Source: Rhodothermales bacterium
GTDB lineage: Bacteria > Bacteroidota > Rhodothermia > Rhodothermales > VXPQ01
Direction of reading: 5' to 3'
Length of the DNA stretch: 27,567 nt
NCBI GenBank assembly: GCA_040904565.1
Contig: JBBDTI010000012.1
Span: forward strand, 13,307 to 40,873
Shown here piece by piece: positions 16,222 through 24,226 of this stretch. Under the pieces are notes generated by a model, which was given only the letters and a program-made list of their open reading frames with translations, was not told the origin of the DNA and ran no database searches. The position numbers were made by a program, and so were the translations under genes. Within the stretch, counting starts at the first letter, position 1. Each line of letters starts with the position of its first letter.

Positions 16222-17433
16222 TCAGTTCATATCGACGTCTTCATATCCCGCACACTCCGCGATGGACTCGGCCTGCGCCTGCTGGTTCGTCTGCACGTAG
16301 GCGGAAAAGAGGGCCCGGCAGACGCCCGACGGGTCGTCCCCGCTGGCCTCCATCAGGCTCTTGGCCGTCTCGAGCGGACCGACGGCCGCCGCAAACAACT
16401 CACGCCGATCCTGGGCAAGCGCCAGCATCTCCTCCTCACGCGCCTCGATCTCCGCGTCGGAGAGGTTATCACGCTCCGCGCGAAGCTCATCGTCCATTTC
16501 GCCGATCCGCTCGTTCAGATCAACCGCCTGATTGACGTAGGCTGCGCCCAGATTATACTGCGCGTTCGCATATTCGGGCTCGATCTCTACGGCGCGGCTC
16601 AGATGTTCGATCGCGTCATCGTACTCCTCGGCCTCGAGCAGGAGTGATCCCAGATTGTATCGAATCAATGCATCGTTCGGATTGTTCTGAACGGCCTCTC
16701 GATACTGGGCCAGCGCCTCGTCGACCTGCCCCGTCTGCACGTAGGCATTCATGAGCTGAGCCTGGATATCCGGATCCTCAGGAAAGATCTCTATGGCTTG
16801 CTCGAAGATGTCGAGCGCCCGTTGGTGCTCCCCCTGGCGCGTGTAGATGTCTCCGAGGAAGAGAAACGTATTCTTCTGCGTGTCACCTTTCTCGATGGCC
16901 TGCTCGAGCGGCTCGATCGCTTCATCCTGACGACCGGCATTCAGCAGCGCAAAGGCTCGGTTGACGAAGGCGCTCGCAGAGTCCGGTTGGATATCCCCGG
17001 CCAGTCCGAAAAGTGCCGCCGCCGTGTTATACTCATCCGGATCGTCGCTCGCGCGGTTAAAGGCCTGAATAGCGCTACGAAACGTGTTGAAATAGGCGAG
17101 GCGAAGCCGTTCGTTGATATCGTTCTCCAGACCCGGGTCAAATTCGACGGCACGCTGATAAGCTTCCATCATCCGTTCAATGAGATCCGCGGACTGCTCG
17201 GCGTCGTTTACGTCCTCGGCCTGCACCTGAAGGATCTGACCTCTCAGATAGTATGCTTCCGCGTTTTCCGGATTGCGCGCCAGGGCCTCTTCGATATTTT
17301 GGAGGGCCCGGTCATAATCCTGATTCTGAAGATCCAGCTTCGCACCTTCAATATTCGGGTCGCTGGCACACCCGGCGGCCATAAAAAAGAACCCGCCCAT
17401 CAGGAGGACAGCAAGAATGGGGAATCTGTTCAT
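16222..17433 (-). CDS. Tetratricopeptide-repeat lipoprotein
   Basis: Start at ATG 17433, MNRFPILAVLLMGGFFFMAAG-C (lipobox). Multiple TPR units, e.g. AEAYYLRGQIL, SAFVNRAFALL, LIRYNLGSLLL, NAQYNLGAAY. Confidence 0.88.
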   Translation of the reverse strand: MNRFPILAVLLMGGFFFMAAGCASDPNIEGAKLDLQNQDYDRALQNIEEALARNPENAEAYYLRGQILQVQAEDVNDAEQSADLIERMMEAYQRAVEFDPGLENDINERLRLAYFNTFRSAIQAFNRASDDPDEYNTAAALFGLAGDIQPDSASAFVNRAFALLNAGRQDEAIEPLEQAIEKGDTQKNTFLFLGDIYTRQGEHQRALDIFEQAIEIFPEDPDIQAQLMNAYVQTGQVDEALAQYREAVQNNPNDALIRYNLGSLLLEAEEYDDAIEHLSRAVEIEPEYANAQYNLGAAYVNQAVDLNERIGEMDDELRAERDNLSDAEIEAREEEMLALAQDRRELFAAAVGPLETAKSLMEASGDDPSGVCRALFSAYVQTNQQAQAESIAECAGYEDVDMN

Positions 17434-17593
17434 GACTTGAAAAGTCAGATTAATAGATCTGTATAGTTCGGTCGCAGACGAGTAGTTAAATCTACGACCT
17501 TGACCGTCTTCATACAACCGTGGTCCTGCAGGGTTCTCGGCATGTCGAGGGTTCGTTTCGATCGGGCGAGTCCGGCTAAACACCGTTTCCGGC

Positions 17594-17699
17594 TGGCAAT
17601 TCGGCATAATTTGACATTTCTGCACGTCGGCCCGTCACCGATCTGCCAGTATTACAACTCGATTTCAGGCATCGACGCTGCCGTCCTGACGATCTGGCA
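17594..17699. promoter_or_regulatory. Array of TGNCA-like pentamers with 8-bp spacing upstream of hsp20 (candidate regulator/enhancer sites)
   Basis: TGGCA-att-CGGCA (17594), TGACA-ttt-CTGCA (17612), TGCCA-gta-TTACA (17644) and TGCCG-tcc-TGACG-atc-TGGCA (17679-17699). Confidence 0.55.
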
Positions 17700-17710
17700 A
17701 TGTGAGGGGG

Positions 17711-17727
17711 TTGGCACGAGGGTTGTT
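17711..17727 (+). promoter_or_regulatory. Putative sigma54 (-24/-12) promoter of hsp20
   Basis: TTGGCACG-AGGG-TTGT matches the RpoN consensus TGGCACG-N4-TTGC with correct GG-N10-G spacing and one mismatch (C to T at -12). It is about 70 nt upstream of the ATG. Confidence 0.6.
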
Positions 17728-17795
17728 GGTATGTACGGGTGCAATGATGCAACCAACGTTCAGCGATATAAACGACAACATCCAGGAGGTTTGCT

Positions 17796-18242
17796 ATGAC
17801 AAGTCTCGTGCGTTTTTCACCCTCGAACGAACTTCGCCGTATGCAGCGCGAAATCGATCGTCTCTTTGATGACTTTGTGCCTTCGCGCGAGAGCGGTAAC
17901 GGCGATCGCGAATCAGCCGTCTGGTCACCACGCGTCGACCTGTCGGAGTCCGAAGACGCCTACGTCGTACACGTAGACGCTCCGGGCATGAAGAAGGACG
18001 ATTTCAACATCAACTGGCAGAACGATACGCTGACCGTCAGCGGCGAGCGGAAGTGGTCCGGGGAGGCCTCGAAGGAAAACTTCGTCCGCGTCGAACGCTC
18101 CTACGGACACTTCTTCCGGTCCTTCCGGCTGCCGAAAGCGATTGATGGCGATCAGATTCAGGCGTCGTACGATGCCGGCGTGTTGACGGTCACCGTGCCG
18201 AAGGCTGAAGAAAGCAAGCCGCGGCGGATCGAAATCCAGTAA
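17796..18242 (+). CDS. Small heat shock protein (Hsp20/alpha-crystallin)
   Basis: Motifs WSPRVDLSE, DAPGMKKDD, LTVSGER, ERSYGHFFRSFRLP and ASYDAGVLTVTVPK. Strong RBS GGAGGT. Confidence 0.96.
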   Translation: MTSLVRFSPSNELRRMQREIDRLFDDFVPSRESGNGDRESAVWSPRVDLSESEDAYVVHVDAPGMKKDDFNINWQNDTLTVSGERKWSGEASKENFVRVERSYGHFFRSFRLPKAIDGDQIQASYDAGVLTVTVPKAEESKPRRIEIQ

Positions 18243-18299
18243 ACGCGTCGCTTAGCTGAGGAATCGTCATCTTGCAGTAGGACGTGCTGCAATGACAGG

Positions 18300-18338
18300 T
18301 GCCCGCGCAGGATCTTCCTGTGCGGGCATTCTTATTAT
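18300..18338 (+). terminator. Rho-independent terminator of hsp20
   Basis: TGCCCGCGCAGGA-tct-TCCTGTGCGGGCA (13-bp stem, one G-U) followed by TTCTTATTAT. A second hairpin at 18266-18296 precedes it. Confidence 0.75.
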
Positions 18339-18404
18339 GGCGGCGTACGTGACGTACCGGCAGTCTCACCTTCGCGGCACGCCCCATACCGGATTCATGT
18401 TTTG

Positions 18405-19037
18405 ATGGCGTCGACGTTCGGCGAACATATGCGATCGCTTGCGCGTCGACTCAAAAGAGGTCGGCCCGGCCCGCGGGCGCAGGTACGGATGGCACCGGTG
18501 CGCGACGACGCGCTGGATCGGCTAGCGGTGAAGGAACGATCGTGCCGCGAGGCGGGCGTGCTGATGATGCTGCTTCCGATCGGCGACACCCCACACGTCG
18601 TCGTGACCGTGCGCCGCGATCATCTGCCGGACCATCCGGGACAGGTATCCTTCCCCGGTGGACAGCGAGAGCGGGGGGAGTCCCTGCTGGAGACGGCGCT
18701 CAGAGAGGCGCACGAAGAGGTGGGGCTCTCGCCGTCCGACGTTGAAGTGCTCGGCGAAATGACGCCGCTATTTATTCCTCCCTCCAACTTCTGCGTCTAT
18801 CCCTATCTGGGATACGCCCTGCACCGGCCCGCGCTCAAACCCCACGACTACGAGGTGGAGCGAATCGTCGAGATACCGCTCCCCGATCTCCTCGCGGACG
18901 GCGCGGTGCGTCGTGAGCCGTGGACGCTGCACGACGAAGAGATCCTCATTCCGTTCTACGACGTCGGCGGGCTCCAAATCTGGGGCGCCACAGCCATGAT
19001 GCTGTCCGAACTCGTCGCGCTCGCCTCCGGCGAATAG
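18405..19037 (+). CDS. Nudix hydrolase, CoA pyrophosphatase (NudL/PCD1-like)
   Basis: NuCoA motif VVTVRRDHLPDHPGQVSFPGG, Nudix box GGQRERGESLLETALREAHEEVG and C-terminal IWGATA. Confidence 0.92.
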   Translation: MASTFGEHMRSLARRLKRGRPGPRAQVRMAPVRDDALDRLAVKERSCREAGVLMMLLPIGDTPHVVVTVRRDHLPDHPGQVSFPGGQRERGESLLETALREAHEEVGLSPSDVEVLGEMTPLFIPPSNFCVYPYLGYALHRPALKPHDYEVERIVEIPLPDLLADGAVRREPWTLHDEEILIPFYDVGGLQIWGATAMMLSELVALASGE

Positions 19038-19042
19038 CGCGC

Positions 19043-19903
19043 TCAGGCGTGCTGACCCGGGCCCGTCTCGATGGGAACGCCGACCAGATTGCCCCACTCC
19101 GTCCACGAGCCGTCGTAGTTCTTCACGTCGTCGTAACCGAGGAGGTATTTCAACACGTACCAGGAATGGCTGCTTCGCTCCCCGATACGACAGTAGGCGA
19201 TGATCGGCTTATCGCCCGAAATGCCCGCCTCGGCATATATCTTCTCGATCTCGTCCCGGTCCTTGAACGTGCCGTCCTCATCACGTACCACCGACGACCA
19301 CGGAATATTCGACGCGCCGGGAATGTGTCCGCCCCGCTGACAGGTTTCCGGAAGTCCGGGAGGTGCCAGGACCTCGCCTGAAAACTCCTGCGGACCGCGG
19401 ACGTCCACGAGCTCGACCTTTTTCTTCTCCGTCTTCTCCCGCACCTCCGGAAGAAACGCTCGAAGAGAGAAGTCGGGGTCCTTCGCCTTATAACTGGACG
19501 GCGTCGGCCGCGGCTTTTCGGCCGTCATCGGCCGGTTCTCCATATTCCATTTCTTGCGACCCCCATCCATGATGCGGACGTCTTCGTGGCCGTAAATCTT
19601 CATCTGCCAGAACGCCCAGGCCGCAAACCAGTTGTTCGTGTCGCCGTAGAGAACGACCGTGTCGCCGCTGTCTATGCCGGACTTCCGCATGAGCTTCTCG
19701 AAATCCGATTTCGAGAGGATGTCGCGCCGCACGGTATCGGACAGCTGCGTCTTCCAGCTCCAGCCAAGGGCACCGGGGATGTGCCCCTCGTCATACAAAC
19801 TCGCGTCGACGTTGACCTCAACGACGGCGACGTCGGTGTCGGGTTTGTGCCGGGCGACCCAATCCGTCGTCACGAGCGAATCAGGATGTGCATAATCTCC
19901 CAT
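19043..19903 (-). CDS. Double-domain rhodanese / thiosulfate sulfurtransferase (SseA/CysA-type)
   Basis: Start at ATG 19903 (MGDYAHPDSLVTTDW). Two GHIPGA motifs, active site YCRIGERSS and C-terminal YDGSWTEWG. Confidence 0.94.
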   Translation of the reverse strand: MGDYAHPDSLVTTDWVARHKPDTDVAVVEVNVDASLYDEGHIPGALGWSWKTQLSDTVRRDILSKSDFEKLMRKSGIDSGDTVVLYGDTNNWFAAWAFWQMKIYGHEDVRIMDGGRKKWNMENRPMTAEKPRPTPSSYKAKDPDFSLRAFLPEVREKTEKKKVELVDVRGPQEFSGEVLAPPGLPETCQRGGHIPGASNIPWSSVVRDEDGTFKDRDEIEKIYAEAGISGDKPIIAYCRIGERSSHSWYVLKYLLGYDDVKNYDGSWTEWGNLVGVPIETGPGQHA

Positions 19904-20056
19904 AGCTTCGACCTCGTAAGCAGTTGTTGTGATTGGACTTATTCGTGCCGATAACATATAACGCGCATATGGACGTATCAGACACACTATTTCGACGCCA
20001 AGAATGTGTTAATGTTTTGGAAGCGTTCCCAGCAGAACGGCGATCTGGCCCTATTT

Positions 20057-20068
20057 TTGTATATACAG
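20057..20068. promoter_or_regulatory. Palindrome TTGTATATACAG, candidate GntR/HutC-type operator upstream of the GH15 gene
   Basis: Perfect 10-bp palindrome TGTATATACA (20058-20067) in an AT-rich divergent intergenic region, about 60 nt upstream of the GH15 start. Confidence 0.45.
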
Positions 20069-20128
20069 GTATCTCGGCACCATGCATGACGCATCACCTC
20101 ACATCCCCGCCTCTAAATATCGCGCCAC

Positions 20129-21943
20129 ATGCGCCAATTTCAGTATGATCCGAAAGATCTTCCGGATTACAAGCCCCTCGAAGCCTACGGCATCATAGGT
20201 GACAGTCGCACGGCCGTGTTGATCGGGGCGGACGGTTCGGTCGATTGGGCCTGCCTGCCCGACTTCGACAGCCCGTCGGTCTTCGGCGCGCTTCTGGATC
20301 CGGATGCGGGCCGCTTCGCGCTCCGCCCGTGCGAGCCGTACACGGCCTGGCAGCGGCACGAGCGCGGTACAAACGTCCTCGTCACGGAAATGGCGACGGC
20401 GCACGGCACGATCCGCATCCGTGACTTCATGCCCTATACCCGGCGGAAGGTCCCGACGGCGGAAATCTACCGCCGCGTGGAGTGCCTGCGCGGCGAGGTC
20501 GATTTCGAGATCGTCTTCGAGCCGAAGTTCGACTATGGTCTGGTGGAGGCCCGCATGGAGGGATCGGACTATGGCGTAAAGGCGGTCGACCGAGAAGACA
20601 ACCGGCTCGTACTGTCTACGGACGTCCCCATGGAGCTGCGAAACGGGTCCGCCGTCGGTCGGGCGACCATGGAAGCAGGACAGGAGATCTACATCGTGGC
20701 CGACTGGGGGGCCCGTAACGTCCATCCCGTCGCCAGCTATCAGCCCGATCGCCGCCTCTGGCAGGTCCGCACGTTCTGGCGTAACTGGGTCGATCGGCTC
20801 ACCTACCACGGACGGTACCGGGACGTCGTCGAGCGCAGCCTGCTGACGCTGAAAATATTGACGTTCGAGCCGACGGGCGCCATCGTCGCGGCGCCGACCA
20901 CCTCGCTGCCGGAATGGCCCGGCGGCGAGCGCAACTGGGACTATCGTTATTCGTGGGTGCGCGACTCGGCGTTCATCCTTCGAGCTCTATTCGATGCGCA
21001 CTACACCGAAGAAGGGACGTCGTATTTCGACTGGCTGCTGGGTCAGGCGCTCGAAGGCGGCCCCCTCCAGGTGATGTATGGGATTCGAGGAGAGCGCGCG
21101 CTGCCGGAGCGCGAGCTGCCGCTGCGCGGCTACCGCGACGCGAAACCCGTACGCGTCGGCAACGGGGCGGTCGATCAGTTTCAGCTGGATATCTACGGCA
21201 GCCTTATCGACGCCGCCCTCCGCTACGATCGTCAGGGCGGACTCCTCACCGTCACCGAGTGGGAGAAAATCATGTCACTCACGGAGGTCGTCCGTGAGCG
21301 CTGGCGCGAGCCGGACGCCGGCATCTGGGAAGCCCGCGTTGACGGCCGGCATTATACCTATTCTAAAATTTGGGCCTGGGTGGCTCTCACGCGCGCCGCG
21401 GAGCTGGCGCGTCAGTTGAACGCCAACGCCCCGATCGACGCATGGCGCAAGGAGGCCTACGCGATTCAAGAAGAGGTGCTCGAGAAGGCATGGAACGACG
21501 ATCTCGGTGCGTTTACGCAGTCGTATGGGGACAGCTCACTGGACTCTTCCATACTGGTGATGCCCACGGTGGGCTTTCTGTCGGCCAACGACCCCCGCTT
21601 TCAGAGCACGCTCGACGCCTGCGTGGAGCAGCTTCAAGCCGGTGCGTACCCCCTCCTCTATCGGTATAAGAACGAGGACGGACTCCGGGGACCGGAGGGT
21701 GCCTTCCTGCTTACTTCGTTCTGGATGGTCGAAGCGATCGCACTCATGGGCGACCTGCGAAAGGCGCGCGCCGCCCTCTCGGCCCTGGTGGAATACATGA
21801 GTCCGCTCGGACTCTACTCCGAAGAAGTCCATCCCGAGACCGAAGAATTGCTCGGCAACTTCCCACAGGGCTTCAGTCACCTCGGACTGGTCAATGCCGT
21901 GTTTCGACTCGAAGAGCTGAAGCGGATGGATGAGGGATGGTAA
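20129..21943 (+). CDS. Glycoside hydrolase family 15, trehalase-like
   Basis: Motifs IIGDSRTAVL, DWACLPDFDSPSVF, AAPTTSLPE, GGERNWDYRYSWVRD, QLDIYG, GIWE, LYSEE and LGNFPQGFSH. Adjacent to otsAB. Confidence 0.9.
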   Translation: MRQFQYDPKDLPDYKPLEAYGIIGDSRTAVLIGADGSVDWACLPDFDSPSVFGALLDPDAGRFALRPCEPYTAWQRHERGTNVLVTEMATAHGTIRIRDFMPYTRRKVPTAEIYRRVECLRGEVDFEIVFEPKFDYGLVEARMEGSDYGVKAVDREDNRLVLSTDVPMELRNGSAVGRATMEAGQEIYIVADWGARNVHPVASYQPDRRLWQVRTFWRNWVDRLTYHGRYRDVVERSLLTLKILTFEPTGAIVAAPTTSLPEWPGGERNWDYRYSWVRDSAFILRALFDAHYTEEGTSYFDWLLGQALEGGPLQVMYGIRGERALPERELPLRGYRDAKPVRVGNGAVDQFQLDIYGSLIDAALRYDRQGGLLTVTEWEKIMSLTEVVRERWREPDAGIWEARVDGRHYTYSKIWAWVALTRAAELARQLNANAPIDAWRKEAYAIQEEVLEKAWNDDLGAFTQSYGDSSLDSSILVMPTVGFLSANDPRFQSTLDACVEQLQAGAYPLLYRYKNEDGLRGPEGAFLLTSFWMVEAIALMGDLRKARAALSALVEYMSPLGLYSEEVHPETEELLGNFPQGFSHLGLVNAVFRLEELKRMDEGW

Positions 21944-21950
21944 GCGCGAT

Positions 21951-21967
21951 GCCGGTCGTCGACCGGC
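21951..21967. terminator. GC-rich hairpin between the convergent GH15 and otsB genes (possible bidirectional terminator)
   Basis: GCCGGTC-gtc-GACCGGC inverted repeat in the 30-nt gap. No U-tract. Confidence 0.4.
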
Positions 21968-21973
21968 TCCGCT

Positions 21974-22666
21974 TCACGTGTATCGCGCCAGATATTCGAC
22001 CACGTCCTCGATGGTCGGCAGGCGATACCTGGCGACGGTTTCGCCCTCGCCGACCTTGACCGTGATCGCCTCGTCTCCCAGTGCCCTGAACGCATCTTCG
22101 TCCGTCACGTCGTCGCCGAGATACACGGGCGTTCTATCCGGATGCCGGGCGGCGACGTCCCGGACGGCCGTCCCCTTGCTGACGCCGTGCGGACGCAGCT
22201 CGACGACGTCTTTGCCCCAGATGGGATCGAGGACGTCCGGCACGTCGGACAGCCACTCCGCGATCGCCGTCCGGGCCGCTTGCTTGTCGTCCGCCAGGCG
22301 GTAGTGAACGGCGAACATCGGCCCTTTCGGCTCGACGCGCAGACCGTCGTGCTCGGGCACGGTTTCCCGCAGCGCGTCGATGGCGCGCCGGGCTTCCTCG
22401 GAAATGACGTTTTCCTTCTCTCCGCCCAGGCGTCCGCGCTGGATGCCGTGCAGTCCGATTGCGCGGTAGGGGCCGTCCACCAGCTGCTCGACGTCGTCCA
22501 GGAATCGGCCCGTAATGATCCACATGGGATACCGCGCATCGAGCTGCCGGAGCAGTTCGGGCACGTCGGGATGCGGAAACGCCTCCATGGGATCGTCCAC
22601 GATAGGCGCCAGCGTGCCATCGTAGTCGAGAAACAGTAACGGTTGGTCGGCGACGGGGGGCTGCAT
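21974..22666 (-). CDS. otsB: Trehalose-6-phosphate phosphatase (HAD IIB)
   Basis: Motifs FLDYDGTLAPI, ITGR, GKDVVELRP, SKG and YLGDDVTDEDAF. Confidence 0.95.
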   Translation of the reverse strand: MQPPVADQPLLFLDYDGTLAPIVDDPMEAFPHPDVPELLRQLDARYPMWIITGRFLDDVEQLVDGPYRAIGLHGIQRGRLGGEKENVISEEARRAIDALRETVPEHDGLRVEPKGPMFAVHYRLADDKQAARTAIAEWLSDVPDVLDPIWGKDVVELRPHGVSKGTAVRDVAARHPDRTPVYLGDDVTDEDAFRALGDEAITVKVGEGETVARYRLPTIEDVVEYLARYT

Positions 22667-22669
22667 GAA

Positions 22670-24022
22670 TCAAGCGGCGAATGATGACAGGAATCTTTCG
22701 GCCCAGCGGTGCACGTCGAGCTCGCCTACACGCTTCTTCAGCTTCGCACGGCGCGTCTGCTTCTCTTCCTCCGGCATCTCCAGCGCCTCTTTCAGGACGT
22801 CAGTCAGCGCGCGCAGGTCGTACGGATTCACCTGCAGTGCTTCCTGAAGCAGATAGGCCGCTCCGGTGAGCTCGGAAAGGACCAGCATGCCGCGTTCGTT
22901 GGCTGCGATAAACTCCTGCGTGACGAGGTTCATGCCGTCACGCAGCGGCGTAATCAGGCCCACGTCCGCCGCACGATAGAAAATGCAAAGCTCCTCCTGC
23001 GTATAGGTTCGGTAGCGATAGTGAACGGGCACCCAGTCGTCGACCGCAAAGGCCCCGTTGATACGTCCGACGACCTCGTCGACGTCCCTCTTGAGCTTCT
23101 GGTACGTTTCCACATCCGTGCGGCTGGGTGTCGCTATCTGGTAAAACACCACGCGGCGGTGATACTCCGGATGCTCCTCCAGAAACCGTTCGAAGGCGAG
23201 AAGTCGGGAGAGAACGCCCTTCGTATAGTCGAGCCGGTCCACCCCGAGCACGAGGTATTCGCTGCCGAGCTCCTCGCGAAGTCGTTCGGCTTCCTCCGCG
23301 GCCTCCGCGGACATCCTCCTGAAACGCTCTACGCCGATGCCGATCGGATGCGCCTCGACGCGAATCTCGCGTCCCTTCCAGTATATCGTGGTACCCTCGA
23401 CCTCGGCCCCAAGAAGCACGCGGGCACTTTCGAGAAAGTTTTTCACGTATTCCTCCACGTGAAACCCGATCAGGTCGCTGCCAAGCATGCCGGCCATGAG
23501 TTCGCGAGCCCAGGGCAGGACCCGAAACACCTCCATGGCGGGCCACGGAATATGCCAGAAATGGGCGATGGTCGCGTCAGCGAGATCGGACCGCACCAAC
23601 TGCGGGGCGAGCATAAGGTGATAGTCCTGTATCCATATATAATCCCCCGGCGTGTATTCGTCGACGATCGCACGGGCAAAGCGAGCGTTGATCGACCGGT
23701 AGTCCTCCATAAACGCCGGGTCGAGCTCCAGATGCTGGATCATGTAGTGAGAGATGGGCCACAGGACGCGGTTGGCCATCCCGGAGTAATAGTTATGAAG
23801 CTCCTGGTCGGACAACCGGATGCGGAGAACGGTAAGCGAGGGATCGCCGGACGGATACTCGAGTCGTTCCGGAATCCCGTCATCCTCCTTCATGGCCAAC
23901 CACACGCCCCCCTCCTCTTCCAGAACCGGCAGGAGGGCCGTGGCCAATCCACCGATAGAGGGAGCCCAGCCGTCATCCGTCCGTCGAACGGGTGCGCGAT
24001 TCGCGGCGATAATCATGCTCAC
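22670..24022 (-). CDS. otsA: Trehalose-6-phosphate synthase (GT20)
   Basis: Motifs ANRAP, GGLA, YYSGMANRVLWP, WIQDYHL, FWHIPWP, GVDRLDYTKG, PSR and RDGMNLV. Ends 3 nt before otsB. Start is GTG 24022 or ATG 24016. Confidence 0.94.
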   Translation of the reverse strand: MSMIIAANRAPVRRTDDGWAPSIGGLATALLPVLEEEGGVWLAMKEDDGIPERLEYPSGDPSLTVLRIRLSDQELHNYYSGMANRVLWPISHYMIQHLELDPAFMEDYRSINARFARAIVDEYTPGDYIWIQDYHLMLAPQLVRSDLADATIAHFWHIPWPAMEVFRVLPWARELMAGMLGSDLIGFHVEEYVKNFLESARVLLGAEVEGTTIYWKGREIRVEAHPIGIGVERFRRMSAEAAEEAERLREELGSEYLVLGVDRLDYTKGVLSRLLAFERFLEEHPEYHRRVVFYQIATPSRTDVETYQKLKRDVDEVVGRINGAFAVDDWVPVHYRYRTYTQEELCIFYRAADVGLITPLRDGMNLVTQEFIAANERGMLVLSELTGAAYLLQEALQVNPYDLRALTDVLKEALEMPEEEKQTRRAKLKKRVGELDVHRWAERFLSSFAA

Positions 24023-24132
24023 TGTCGGTCACCTGAGTCAATGATTGGGAAGAATGTCGTCGGGCTCTCCCTATCGATAGTTCTATGGACTCGTCGCGTT
24101 TCACGTACGAAGCCCCGGAATTCGGATCGTCT

Positions 24133-24159
24133 GAGGCTTGTAACAACTTTTACAGCCTC
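24133..24159. promoter_or_regulatory. Inverted repeat with TGTAA-N6-TTACA core upstream of otsA
   Basis: GAGGC-t-TGTAA-caactt-TTACA-GCCTC. The core has CRP/FNR-family spacing. Confidence 0.4.
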
Positions 24160-24226
24160 GCGACCATTTCTGCCGCCGGCATGCCGGCGGGCGTCCGTAC
24201 ACGTATCGTCGGCCGCTACTACGCGC

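Noticed and set aside
16142-16260. Possible SAM-I riboswitch before the Cys/Met enzyme (ATCAAGAG on the minus strand)
   Set aside because: The motif sits within the terminator hairpin. There is no room for P2-P4, and the GCAACC and GTGC elements are absent.
17434-17625. ORF-track N-terminal extensions (TPR from 17625, nrnA from 2762, DPP-IV from 8618, rhodanese from 19987, TBDR from 27476)
   Set aside because: Signal peptides or domain starts point to downstream start codons, and the extensions cross promoter or repeat DNA.
17711-17740. Possible CIRCE element upstream of hsp20
   Set aside because: TTGGCAC resembles the left arm, but no GAGTGCTAA-like right arm lies 9 nt downstream. A sigma54 box fits better.
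19932-19952. Weak dyad ATTGGAC-TTATTC-GTGCCGAT upstream of the rhodanese (possible Rrf2/CymR-type site)
   Set aside because: The symmetry needs a bulge and a mismatch, which is too weak to support without comparative data.
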